A DNA stretch of 64,000 bases from Hemiscyllium ocellatum (taxonomy: Eukaryota), in assembly GCF_020745735.1 (NCBI RefSeq), contig NC_083408.1:10788484-10852483 (forward strand), read 5' to 3'. A program made the position numbers and the translations under genes. Below are positions 25,819 through 38,599 of the stretch, piece by piece (position 1 is the first letter of the stretch; every line of letters begins with the position of its first letter). Under the pieces are notes generated by a model. The model did no database searches. It was not told the DNA's origin and was given only the letters and a program-made list of their open reading frames with translations.

Positions 25819-26892
25819 AAAGTGAAGGCTCTGCATGCAGTAGAGAGAGAGTGGTGGAACATATGCCTTGGTTGTGAATAGGTGCTATAACAGACATACA
25901 GTGAGTGTGAGGGAGCAGAGAGAATGCGATGAGGATCTTGATTGTTGTCCATACTACTGGACATTTCTCCAGAATAGATACTGCACTGAGCTAGATTATG
26001 AGCTCACACCATGTTCTGTGGTTCTGATACTGTGGCTTACTCTTGGAAGAGAATGCTGCTCTTCAGTCCTCGTCCATTCCCCAGAACCTACGTGCCCCTG
26101 TCAACAGATCGTGGTGTAATAACCCCTTATCTGCCATGTTCTCGATGTGTCCATTGGCCTTTCAATGATGGCGAATATCCAGTGGCAGCTGGGCAATGGT
26201 GAGTACCTCCAGCCATAACAGGTGGTAGAAGCCGGCTGGCATTGAATGACAGGGACACCATGGGGTTAGGTAGGTAGTTAATAAGGTGAGTTTGATAAGA
26301 TAACATCAGGAAAGTATGTCGGACTCGTGAAGATAATCTCTGTCGCACTTAGTGCAATTGTTGCTGAGAAATATTTTTCTTAGAATCAGCCCAATGAGTC
26401 GCAGACTGTGCTGAAATCTCTCCCAGTTGCAAAGCTGCAGAACACATACTCATTCAACACTCTCCAACATCTGTCCTCTCACGAAAATCGTGTTCTCCCA
26501 TTTTTCCTGGGAATACTGGTTCATGCTCAAAATGTCTACGTTCCAGTATTCTTAAACCTGTGACCACATTGTTCGGTAATACTGTCTCTCCATCTCCTCA
26601 ATTCTGTCTATTTCGTAAACCCCTCCCTTTTGTTTTTATTTAAACTGGTTTCCCCACAATCTCTCTCTAGCAGTGACTTTCGAAGCCACAGGATCCATTG
26701 TCATGGCACAATGAAGATATGGAGTTCCAAATGGATGACGCCTTCACATTCTGTCACTTCCAGCAATGACAGTAAGTTTCCCCACGCTGGGCAGCAATCT
26801 AACAGAGTGTTACTGAATATTGCACTGAGGTGTCGTGCACAGCTCTACATGCTGGAAGGGAAACTCCTCCTGGTTTACAAATTAATTCATCG

Positions 26893-27262
26893 GTGATCAC
26901 TGTACAATTGACTGTGCTGCTCAGACTATGTATTTGATTTTTATAGATCATGCAATGGTGTGGTCTACGCAGTTTCTTATGCTGGATGGATATTAATTTC
27001 AGGTTTATAAATCAATGGCCTGCTGTGTTCTGTACAACTCCTAGTCCAGGTTTATAGATCAATGCATTGTTGTCTGCATAGCACCGAGTGCTTGGCATAT
27101 ATCTAGTCCAGTTTAATTGATCAATGCACTGCTGTTTTCTGTATATCTCCGAGGGCTTGACAGAAATATTGTCCACTTTTGTCGATTAAAACGATACTGT
27201 GGCATGCATAGTTCCCAGTGTTGCACAGATACCTAGTCTGTGTTTATTAATCAATGCACAGC
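26893..27262 (+). repeat. ~60-62-bp diverged minisatellite, ~6 copies
   Basis: Recurring CTAGTCCAGGTTTATAGATCAATGCA-like core at ~26940, 27000, 27045, 27105, 27170 and 27235. Confidence 0.7.
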
Positions 27263-27274
27263 TTCCCAAGCTGA

Positions 27275-27484
27275 ATAGGCAGGAGTGTGGAACAACACAG
27301 CAGACCAGGCAATATCAGGCGGTGTAAAAGTCGATGTTTCAAGTGTAACACTACTTCAGAACTTCTGAAGAAGGGTTACACCTTAAAAGCTCCCTACCTC
27401 ATGATGCTGCCTGCCTTTCTGTGGTCTTCCAGCTTCCAGCCTGACTATTTTGGATACAATCATTTCTCGTTTTTTTGTCTCTCT
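27275..27484. mobile_element. Fold-back PLE-terminus element, family B, old
   Basis: Central palindrome GTGTAACACTACTTCAGAA-C-TTCTGAAGAAGGGTTACAC with diverged outer arms. CAGCTTCCC is duplicated at 27259-27267 and 27487-27495. Confidence 0.65.
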
Positions 27485-28454
27485 CCCAGCTTCCCGTACT
27501 CGACATATGTGTACTCCGTGTTTCAAGGTAAATGCTGCGATATGGTCTGTGCAGTGCTTCGGTCTGGACAGATTGCCGATTTTATTGACCAGCACAATGG
27601 GCGAATCGGCACAGTGTTGCACTCTGGGTCGTATGAGAAATACACGAGCCCGGTCTAGACACTGTTCTACTTGGAACATGTCTCTCCTCTGGAGTTATGG
27701 TGATTGTCTGTGGTGGATTATGAATATGCCAAAATTAACTATTTCAGCTTATCTGGCAAGGCCTTTAGTTCTCATTCTTGTGATTGGACCCTCCATCTCT
27801 CACTCCATTAATTTTGCAGCATGAGCATGCACAGTACATTATACCCACTCTGCTGTCAGGATCCATGGCCTCTTCATCCAGAAGCAGTCAGATATTCCCA
27901 TCGTCTTCTGGTATCCATCGAGAAATGAATGATAGCCTTTCAGATAAACGCCAGCCCCTTTGTACAATTATCAAAACACCCTCTTCCTCATGAACTCCCA
28001 TCACTAGGCAATCACATCAAAATATCCCGTGTTCAATGAGAGGAGTGGGCCCACTTGGAACAAGAGGGAACAGAACAAGGGAAGCAACACTTTCGATGTC
28101 TGTACGGGTCTGAGTGAATTTTCCAGTACTCAGTATTTCATTTAGCTTTTAATCTCTCTCGATTTTTGCAATGTAGAGACATTTTTCCTTGCTGAAAATA
28201 ATCACAGGTACAGAGCTACCCACGTTATATTCTATTTCCCAAGTTTCTGTCTATTGCTTATCCATTTATAATTTCAGTACCTCCACTTGATAACTTCAGT
28301 TCCTAACTATCCTAGTGCCATTCTAAATCTAGTTCGTACATGTTCGTTCCATTTCTGGAAATAGGTGATATTATTTGTAAATAGTTGAGGCCAAAGCACT
28401 GGTCACTGTGTCACTGCAGTATTAAACTGTGTTAAACTAGTAGAGAATGTTATA

Positions 28455-28671
28455 GCTGAAAATGTGTTGCTGGTCAAAGCACAGCAGGCCAGGCAGCATC
28501 TCAGGAATAGAGAATTCGACGTTTCGAGCATAAGCCCTTATTCCTGATGAAGGGCTTATGCTGGAAACGTCGAATTCTCTATTCCTGAGATGCTGCCTGG
28601 CCTGCTGTGCTTTGACCAGCAACACATTTTCAGCTGTGATCTCCAGCATCTGCAGACCTCATTTTTTACTC
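28455..28671. mobile_element. Fold-back PLE-terminus element, family A, with 13-bp TSD
   Basis: ~86-bp inverted arms (28454-28539 and 28550-28635) with one mismatch, a 10-nt loop and a 36-bp extra tail on the right. The TSD AGAGAATGTTATA is at 28442-28454 and 28672-28684. Confidence 0.93.
28540..28575 (+). ncRNA. Minimal type I hammerhead ribozyme motif (one stem II mismatch)
   Basis: ATTC-CTGATGA-AGGGCTTATGCTG-GAAA-CGT-C-GAAT, with stem I ATTC/GAAT. Confidence 0.7.
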
Positions 28672-29969
28672 AGAGAATGTTATATACCTAATGTATCCAT
28701 GCTTTTGGCTCAGTAACCTGTTCATCCCGTATACCTGTGCAGCGTTTTTGATAGGCTGCATATTCCCTTCCATTTCCTATGTAACATGCATGAAAGATTA
28801 AAAGCTCCAATTCCTGCATAACAGCCTCGAATGGCTAAATGGATCCTGTTGATGTTAAAACAAAACCACTTGATTGGCTGAATAGCTTGCTTCAGTGTCG
28901 GTGACGTTGTGAATGGTGCTGAACATTTATTTCCAATAAATGATCAGCCCACTTCTCCCTTTATGATGGAGAGAAGGCCATTGATGCTGCAGGGTCTGAT
29001 AGCCCGCAGTCCCCCATGGATGCCCAGTTTCCATTTGCTCGATTCTTTACAAATATGTCTAAATTCACAGGAAATCGTGCCAGATAAAACAATAGGCAGT
29101 ATTTTCAATATGTGGCCGAGACTTGTCCTCCACAAGGACTATGTGTTGGCTCCTCCTTCAGATACACTTAAGGACACATCTATCAGTGACACGGAGTGTG
29201 GTAAGAATGTTTCGCTCTTGTCAGTTCCTCTATCACTTCCGATAGTATGGCTGCCGTGTATTTGAGGCCTCTCCATGCTCAGTCAGTGAAGAGGATGTGA
29301 AGACACTGTTAAGGATGGACATTGAAGTGCCACGGCCAGAGTTCGTTCTGTGACCTTGTCACCTTCAGTGCTGCCCCTGGTTTCTTTTCCGCATCAAGGG
29401 GAACTGAGTTATCACTGTGGGGGTTGTGGAGGGCAGTTGATGTCCACCATCAGGCGATTTCCTTGACTGTATTTGACGTGTTGCCATGGGAACTCCTTGT
29501 TTCTGGAATTAATGCTGTGGAATTGCAGGGTAACTCATTCCCTGACTAAGTCCCCACCCCTGGTGGGTATGTCCTTCCGGTGGGACAGGACATATCCCAG
29601 GATTGGAATTGGGTTTTATGAAATATGTCCCATGATGTTTCTTTCTGTGAGAATCACGGTATCAGACGATTTTCTGACCGGGTCAATGTGAAGAATATAG
29701 GTGACAATGGATCAAGAAATAATGGGTAAAAAAAAACTGATTGAAAGGCACTCTATCTTGATGGGTTTTATATTCTGACTAAAGATTGAGGAATGGATAT
29801 GATAGTCAGAGAGTCATTTGACAGAGATACCACTTTTAGCAAATGAACGTCCAGCATATTTTATATTTAGGTATATTCTACAAAACTAAAGGTTTGACTT
29901 AGGATAGCCCTCCCAATAAAAGGACGACATCTGTATGATTGTAAAGTCGGACCTTACATCAAATGTCAA

Positions 29970-30860
29970 GGAATTGCAGACAAGATTTCGAGTGTGACGA
30001 AGTTTGCAGATGACAGAGAATGGGTTGTAGAGCAAAGTGTGCAGAGTGCACTAAATGTCTGAGAGGGACAAAGATAGCTTCGGCGAGTGGGCAAAGGTCT
30101 GGCAGACGGAGTACAATGTGGGTAAATGTAAGGTCATCCATTTTGGTTTGGTCTAACTGTCAAAAGCACAGTTTTTAAAATAGTGAAAAAATTATGCATG
30201 CTGATGTGCAGAGGAAGCTCAGTGACCTTGTGCAGGACTCAAAAAAGTTGGTTTTGAGGAATTAAGAAGACAAATGGATATTATCCATCATTGTTCAAGG
30301 GATGCAGTTTAGAAACAAGAAGTTTATGTTGCAGCGGCACACGGTGCGAGTAACACCACACTTAGAGTACAGTGTACAATTTTGGTTGCCTTATATGAGA
30401 ATGAATATACCAGCACTACAGTACGTACAGAAGAGTTTCACTATGTTGATTCTATAGTTGATAGGGTTTAATAGTGAGGGAAGATTAAGGAGACTGGAAT
30501 TATTCTCATTAGAGTTTAGCACAATAATTTTCTTCCAGAAACATAAAATTGGAAGGTGATAGATAAGGTCAAAGCGGGAAAGTTGTTTCAAGTGGTGGAT
30601 GAAACTAGAACTAAGTGGAAGAGCCTCAAAATGAGGGGAAACATATTTACAACTGAATTGAGGATGAAAATCTTCCCCTGAATGTGTAGAATTCTCTGCA
30701 GAGTGAAGTGGTTGAGGCTACTTCGCTGAATGTTTTTTACAAAAATGTAGATTTTGGACCATTAAATGAATTAAGCTTCTGGTGAGCAGGCGGGTAAGTG
30801 AAGTTGCGTCTATGAAAACACTACCATGACCTTATTTAATTACTGACCCAGTTTGAAGGG
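29970..30860 (+). mobile_element. CR1 LINE 3' part, decayed; tail interrupted by the ERV
   Basis: KFADDRE...WAKVWQTEYNVGKCKVIHFG and PHLEYSVQFWLP motifs. Confidence 0.8.
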
Positions 30861-31212
30861 TTTAATGGAAAATTAACAATTTTTATATTTACTGTGAAAT
30901 TTGAAAGAGAATGCGTTTCTAAAATTTAATGCTGTCCTGAGCTTTGTAAACGATACTTTGATGATGTTTGCAACCAGACTGTCTCTGTTTGAAATTTGTC
31001 ACCATTCAACTTGACCTTGCAGCAGTCGAATTCAGCAAAAGCTGAAGGACCGCTTAGACCAAGATCAGGCATGAAAGAATAACAACTTGAGTTTTCCCAG
31101 ACTTTGTCCTTGAGAGAGTGATAAGAAACAGTATAAGACAAGTATCTTAATTATGCTCAATTACCCCCTGCATAATTCTTCTTGTCAAGTGCAGAGGGTC
31201 CCTTTGAAAACA
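30861..31212 (+). repeat. 5' LTR of the class I ERV
   Basis: Clear alignment to 35110-35451 with many substitutions. The 3' boundary is approximate. Confidence 0.85.
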
Positions 31213-34200
31213 CCACTGAGTTGTACGCGCCAAAGACGTACCAGGTACAAGGTTTCTTCGTTTACGAAAACCAAGGCAGTGAGGCGGACGCACCCAATGC
31301 GAGATAGGACATCTGGAGGTAAAATGACGTCAAAGGGAAAAAAGATAATGGTACCGCGAGAAAGAGAGAGAGAGAGAGCTGAACACGTTTCCACTAACAC
31401 AGAAAGTGGGCTCTGGTAAAAGCAAACCCAAAGTGGGTCCGACGAGGAATTGGAGCGGCCAACCAAAATACAGTACATGTGAAGTAATTGTGGCCCAGAG
31501 TCTGTAAAGCAGTTAGAATTGTGGATCAAGGAATGTGGATTTCCAGAGGAGGGGGGGATTTTAGTAAAAGGCAGTTGGAAGTATTGAGGTCAGGTTGGAG
31601 GAGAGAGAGAAGGAGAAACGGAAGGGAAGAATAGAACTTGTGCATTGAAGTACTTATAATAAGTGGAAGGTTGAGGCAGATATCAGAGAAAGGAAATCTG
31701 AAGTAAAAGGTAGATCAAATACCTGTAAAAATACTAGTGCACACGCATACGCGTGTTGAAAACACCCTAAACCTTGATGATTGCCTTCCGAGACTTACAG
31801 CCCCTCTACGAGACCAATTTGGCGAAGGTTCCAAGTTAGCATCGGCCGCCAGAGGGTATGCTGGATCACGCATATCAAATCGTACCCGCAAGCAACGGAA
31901 GCACGAAACTTAAAATGACAACGACCAATTCAAGATGAAAAGGCCTCCAGGGCCTATTCACGATATCCCCAAGACGGACCATGAGTCAGACAGTAAGGAG
32001 TCTGGCATTCGGTTATCATACCAGGTAGTCGGCCAAGAAGGATTTGGAAACTGTCAATGTGTTTATGCCTGACCCACATGAAGTTGGAGATTATAAGTTC
32101 GCCAAAGAAGTGGCAAATTTCCGTACAGTTTTCAGTCGCACGTCACAAGAGATGAGACGTCTTCTGGGACGAAAACTGGGCGCCAATGTCTCGAAAATGA
32201 AGTATAAATGGCTAACTGTAAACATCCACGCCAGAGCAAAAGACCCGCAAGCAGAAGAGGTGGAGGAAGAGGTCGCGGAAGAAACACTGGAAGAGTTAGA
32301 TCTGGCGGGTGCTTTGTTTGTGGAGCAATGGACAACTGCACGAGACAGGCAGACTCAGTTGGCCCTGGAGGATCAGCAGCAGGGTGACTGACAGTGGAAG
32401 GCTGAAGTGGAGGTGGGCAGCCCGAAAGGAACCGGTAACACTCTTTCCTTGATGCTTGGCAACGAAGATTCGCTTATTCTAATCTCTTCTACTAACCTTA
32501 CGGGCACTGAGACATGTTCCACATCTATATTGTGTGCTGAGATTGCGAAGTGTGGGCAGTATGTCCAAAGTAACAAATATGCGTGTAAGTAAATGCCTAT
32601 CTCTGTGTTATATGTGGAAGGTGCACCAGTTACCTTTTTTGGGAGATACAGGGGCAACATATTCAATCCTTAAATCAAACCAGTTCAGAGAATCAACGGC
32701 AATAAAGATGAGTGGAAGCTTCTGAACTGAAGGGGTGCAGCAGGAGTCGTACTACGAGAGTGATTTACCACGTCCTTGCAGAGCACAATGTCTGCTAAAA
32801 CCCGAAGCTATCGGAGGAATTATACCAGTCTTTAAATCCCCTGTGAGAACTCACCGGTGAGCACACGCATTTTTCTGGTCAGGAAAGCAAACATTGCAGG
32901 TGAGCTGGAGGAATGCGGCTTCGGACAAGACCTTCAGGCAGTCAATAGCGCAGTTGTCCCGCATGCCCCAAATGTTCCGAACTCCTATACTATATTAACT
33001 CATTTTCAATCGAACAGTAAATGGTTCTCTGTTGTGAACTTAGCAAATGCCTTCTTTAGTGTACCAGTACACCCAGATAGTCAATTCTGGTTTGCTGTTT
33101 TCATTCAAAGGGAAATCATATACCTTCACGAGACTTTGTCAAGATTACTCTGAGTCTATATAATGAGGCTCTACGCAGGAGTCTAGAGACTCTTGTTTTA
33201 AACCCCTGATTAGCGCTTCTACAGTATCCATACTGCTTTTCAAGTAAAATATAGCACAGATGTCGGCAGCAGGTTGACTGAGATACAATACGCAGTTATT
33301 TGAGATGTCGAATATAACAATAAAGCGATATAACGTCCTTAACCCTGCAAGCCTTCTCTCCTGAGAAGGAGACGGAGACGCACATTATCGTGTCACTGTA
33401 ACTAATGACATTGGCAGCCCCAGGCGAGATTTGCAGGATTCACCACTTTAGAATCCTGTTATGGAGGATTTTTTTGGAAGGTCACCATTCAAAAACAACG
33501 AGGCAGAGCAGAACTGTGTTGAATATGCTGTAGTGACGACTCATGAGATTGTCAAAGCGGGATCACTCCCTTCTCTTCTGTCAGTGCAAATAGCGGACCT
33601 GATTACCTTGATAGAGGCGTGTAAATTGGCGAAGGGAAAGACAGTGAATATTTACACCGATACAGATATGTATTCGGGGTTGTACATGAAACTTTGGAAC
33701 CCTGTGGAAACGCAGGGGTTTCTAAACCTCCACCGGAAAGACACACCTTGGTCTGATTTCTGACCTCCTGGAAGTCGCCCGAGTGACCAGATCAATGTCT
33801 ATGTGCAAATGCAAAGCCCACACAAAAAAATAAGTTTCTATTTCTCAAGGCAATGCAAGGGCGCACTCAGCGTCAAGAACGACAGTCCAGCTGCCGCCAA
33901 GTGATCGCATTGACAAATGTATGACAAAACTTTGTAACCCAACAGCGGACGTACAGGAGTTAAAGTCACATTTCACGCCGGAAGAAAAGCGAAAGTTGAT
34001 GAAACCAGGATGCAGTGCGAGTGAAGATGTATGGTGTGGCCCCAATGGCAAACCCTGTCTACCACGATCATAATTTACTGTCTATGCCATACTCACAATC
34101 GTTAAGGATCCTGTATAAAAAAGAGGGGATGTATGACAGTATTTCGACACATCAGTTAACTGAGGGATTTACTCTTTACTCGCAGAAGTATTGTGTACGA

Positions 34201-35109
34201 TGTGCTGTCTGTGCCACTAATAATGTGGGCTGTCGAGAACAGATGAGTCAGACAGCACACCCCCAACGCAAAGCCCTTTGAACATTTACAGATGGATTTT
34301 ATTGAACTAACACACATCGAATGGAAAAAAAAAGTATTGTCTGATAATATTTGATATGTTTTCCAAATCGGTGGAAGTACTCCCCACGTCTACACAGGAT
34401 GCCAGTGCAGTCGCCAAGGCTCTGCAAACTTAAATAATCCCGAGAGGGAGCAATCCTGAAAGGCTTAGTAGCGATAATGGGACACCATTTAGCAATAATG
34501 CCCTACAGCAAATCAGTGAATATTTGGAATAAACATTAGAAAACATTGTGCCTACATTCCAGGGAGCGGTGGGGCAATGGAAAGAGAAAATTGCTACGCT
34601 AAAAAAAATAAATTCACGAAATGTTTTGAGGAACTGGGGGTGGCATGGAAAAAGGAAGTTGAAATGGTGCTGACGTAGATGAGATCTAGGTGGAGGGGAA
34701 GAGCTAATGTTAGTCCGTTTGAGATTTGTTCGGTAGGCCGCCTAAACCAGGAATTGGCCCAAGACCTAAGGTAAGGCAGGTAACAAGCCGCTGTGAGGCT
34801 GAGATGTTCTATCACTATCTAAAACTCTCTGCACTTTTGTCTCAAATATAAAATTAAGAGAACACAAAACTACTCCAACCAGCAGAAGGGAAGCTGCACG
34901 ATTTTAACCTTGAGACTGGATAGTGGTGAAAGACTTCAGGATTAAAAACTGGAAGGAGACGAGATGTCTGGGACCAGTTCAAGTGCTCCTTACAATGCAG
35001 AAAGCTGTTAAGATCGCCGATTTTTTGTTAACTGGCTCTGTATATTTTAAAATCTGCCACTTTTTTTGTTGTTGCCCTTCTTGACATAAAAGGACAAAAA
35101 GGGGGAAAA

Positions 35110-35451
35110 TGTAATGGAAAATTAACAAATTTAACATTTACTGTGAAATTTGAAAGCGGATACGTTTCTAAAATTAAATGCTGTGCTGAGCTTGGCAAAC
35201 AATACTTTGATGAGGTTTGCAGCCAGACTGTCTCTGTTTGAACTTTGTAAACATTTGACTTGACCTTGAAACAGTCGAATTCAGCGAATGCTAAAGAACT
35301 GTTACGTCTAAAGCCAAGAGAATAATAAGTTGAATTTTCCCAGCCTTTGCCCTTGAGAGCGTGATAAGAAACACTATAAGACAAGTCACTGAATGATGCT
35401 CAAGTACCCCTTGCAGAAGGCATTTTGTCAATTGAAGAGGGTTCCTTTACA
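35110..35451 (+). repeat. 3' LTR of the class I ERV
   Basis: Starts TGTAATGG directly after the polypurine tract and aligns to the 5' LTR. Confidence 0.87.
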
Positions 35452-36488
35452 AAGGCCTGTAATAGTTGTTTCATTTGTGCTTGCTCGCATTTGAGGCGAG
35501 TCGATTTAGTTTCCACGGAAATGGGCCAGATGGCCGAAACATGCTTCTATTCCTAATGCTCCTATGGATTAATCTTAGCAATTAATTTTTGTACAAAGTG
35601 CCATTTGATTTGAGTTTGGGACTGGGAAAATCTCAACAAACTCCCCGCATTAATTGGTGTTCGAACCCTAAAAGTGAGAGTCATGTTGGGATTCCCCAAT
35701 GTCTTACTGTGTCACATTCCCAAATCACCTCCCCACTCAACGGAAATCCCGAATCTACCCAGCATTGCGAGAATCAGCGCATTATTTGAAGGAATAATGC
35801 ACCAGGGCAAGCAGATGCAATGCAAGCGTATCCTGCACAGACTCTGATATTGAGCCCGTATGTGGCAGGCAGGAATAATTCCTGCATCCCGAAACCTGCA
35901 TTGTGGGCAGGGGCATTGAGCTCCTCCCAGCTGGGGAGGGGAACAGGCATGAATTCCTCCATTACCCAGCACCAGGATTGGGAGCAATGACACCATCGAT
36001 CCCTGTCTGTTCTGAAGTTGCCACCCAAGTTATCGCAGTCTCAGCCATTGGGAGGAATGGACAGCTTGTTAGGAAGGTATTTGTCCTTCTCCATTCCGCC
36101 AGTGTCAGCGGAGTCCCAATGTCAATCTCACTATTCCCCTTGAAAAGAGGAAGCACACGGCAGCGAGTTTGTCATAACGTCAAGTGATACCTCAGGAGAC
36201 ATCTCATCGAATCTATTGTTCTCACCACAGCCACAAGTTATCAGATTACACAGACACATTTTGGGTAGCGCTTAGAAACAGCAAGGAGAAGCAAATCCTG
36301 TTTGGAGTTATATACTGAAAGCAATACAGCAGAGCAATTTTGTGCATGATGTAAACAGTGAATGAGATCTGCAACAAATTTCTGGCAAAACGCAGCGGGT
36401 CTGTTCGCATCGGCAAGAAGAAAGCAACGTTGACGTTTCAAATCTGGGCACTCTACTATCACAACACATTTTGTTTCAGATCACCAAC

Positions 36489-37905
36489 ATAGAGTCACAG
36501 AGTCATAGAGATATACAGCATGGAAACAGACCCTTCAGTCCAACCCGTCCATGCCAACTAGTTATCACAACCCAATCTAGTCCCACCTGCCAGTACCCGG
36601 CCCATATCCCTCCAAACCCTTCCTATTCATATACCCATTGAAATGCCACTTAAATGTTACAATTGTACCAGCCGCCACCACATCCTCTGGCAGGTCATTC
36701 CATACACGTACCACCCTCTGTTTGAAGCATTTGTCCCTTAGGTCTCTTTTGTATCTTTCCCCTCTCAACATAAACCTATGCCATCCAGTTCTGGACTCCC
36801 CGACCCCAGGGAAAAGACTTTGCCTATTTATCCTATCCATGCCCTTCATAATTTTGTAAACCTCTATAAGGTCACCCCCTCAGCCTTCGACGCTTCAAGG
36901 GAAACAGCCTCAGCGTGTTCAGACTCTCACTGTAGCTCAGATCCTCAAATCCTGACAACAACCTTGTAAATATTTTCTGAACCCTTTCAAGCTTCACAAC
37001 ATCTTTCCGATAGGAAGGAGACCAGAATTGCACGCAATATTCCAACAGTGGCCTAACCAGTGTCCTGTACAGCCGCAACATGCCCTCCCAACACCTGTAC
37101 TCAATACTCTGACCAATAAAGGAAAGCATACCAAACGCCTTCTTCACTATCCTGTCTACCTGCGACTCCACTTTCAAGGTGCTATGAATCTGCACTCCAA
37201 GGCCTCTTTGTTCAGCAACACTCCCTTAGACATTACCATTAAGTGTATAAGTACTGCAAAGATTTGCTTTACCAAAATTCAGCACCTCGCATTTATCTGA
37301 ATTAAACTTCATCTGCCACTGCTCAGCCCATTGGCCCATCTGGTCAATATCCTGTTGTATTCTGAGGTAACCCTCTTTGCTGTTCACTACACCTCCAATT
37401 TGGTGTCATCTGCAAACTTACTAACTGTTCCTCTTATGCTCGCATCCAAATCATTTATATAAATGACAAAAAGTACAGGGCCCAGATCGATCCTTGTGGA
37501 ACTCCATTGGTCACAGGCCTCCAGTCTGAAAAACAACCCTCCACCAAACCTCTGTCTTCTACCTTTTAGCCAGTTCTGTATCCAAATGGCTAGTTCTCCC
37601 TGTATTCCATGAGATCTAACCTTGATAATCAGTCTCCCGTGGGGAACCTTGTCGAACGCCTTACTGAAGTCCAGAGAGATCACATCTACTGCTCTGCCCT
37701 CATCAGTCTTCTTTGTTACTTCATCAAAAAACTCAATCAAGTTTGTGAGACTTGATTTCCCACTCACAAAGCCATGTTGACTATCCCGAATCAGTCCTTG
37801 CCTTTCCAAATACATGTACATCCTGTCCCTCAGGATTTCCTCCAACAACTTGCCCATCACCGAGGACAGGCTCACTGGTCTATACTTCCCTGGCTTGTCC
37901 TACTA
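36489..37905 (-). mobile_element. CR1/HER1-type LINE, 5'-truncated, relatively young
   Basis: ORFs 37387-37875 (IRDSQHGFVSGKSSLTNLIEFF...LDFSKAFDKVPH...KFADDTK), 36872-37195 (LYRTLVRPLLEYCVQFWSP) and 36577-36849. The tail is (TATGACTC)-like. Confidence 0.95.
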
Positions 37906-38203
37906 CCCAGGTTTCATGTTTGCCAACCTCCAGTGAAGTTCTTTGTTTTATTTTTTACAAGCAATTAATTAATTAATTACTTGATCTGGGCAGGAGGGGA
38001 AGAGTTGAGGTCAGACGTTCAGGCAATGAGTCAGTTACAGACTAAGGTACTGCCCACCAGATCTTTTGAAGGGCGGTATGAAACCTGGTGTGAGGGAAGA
38101 GGAGGGCATGTCGTAAGTGCTTCATTGGGATTCGACATCATCTGAAGACATGTGAGGATTCCCGAGAAAGTGGGATAATGCAGTCACTCTGAGCTAAGCA
38201 CTG

Positions 38204-38560
38204 GAGTGGCACTGTGGCTCCATTATTAACACTGCTGGTTCACAGTAACAATGTCGCAGTTTAGATCCCACTCTTCGGTGACTGGCTGTGTGGGTCTTGC
38301 ACACTCTTCCTGCGTCTGCATGGGTTTCTTCCCTTTGATTGGTTTTCTTCCCACTGTACGACAATGCGTAGGTTAGGTGCAGTGGCATTTCTAAATTGAC
38401 CCGCCTTATTCAGGGATGTGCAGGTTAGCGGGAGTATGAGTGGTCAATACAGAGTTACCAGGGTAAAGTAAGGTTGTCCCTTGTGGTATGCTATTTGAAG
38501 AATCAGTGTGCAATAGATGGGTTGAATGGACAGTTTCATCATTCAGAACTTCTATTGACG
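38204..38560 (+). mobile_element. HE1-type V-SINE, decayed
   Basis: tRNA-like head GTGGCACTGTGGCTC, V-domain CTGTGTGG..TTGCACACTCTTCCTGCGTCTGCATGGGTTTC, and a CR1-type tail. Confidence 0.75.
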
Positions 38561-38599
38561 GGACAATCTTTGGCACCACTTCCTAGGATCCTACCAAAA

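Larger units (their letters stand above)
30861..35451 (+). mobile_element. Class I (epsilon-like) endogenous retrovirus, env-less, decayed, both LTRs present
   Basis: Direct repeats at ~30861-31212 and 35110-35451. gag (LELWIKECGFP ~31515), protease FLGDTGATYS (~32635), RT QDLQAVN...WFSVVNLANAFFSVPVHPDSQFWFA, RNase H LIEACKLAKGKTVNIYTD and integrase HLQMDFIEL...SSDNGTPF. The PPT AAAAAGGGGGAAAA is at 35096-35109. Confidence 0.92.

Noticed and set aside
28455-28671. DNA-transposon MITE
   Set aside because: The arms are identical in kind to PLE 3' ends in this window, the ends are asymmetric, and the TSDs are long and unrelated in sequence.
32044-32391. 115-aa acidic ORF as a standalone gene
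   Set aside because: It lies within the ERV gag region and is best explained as a gag remnant.
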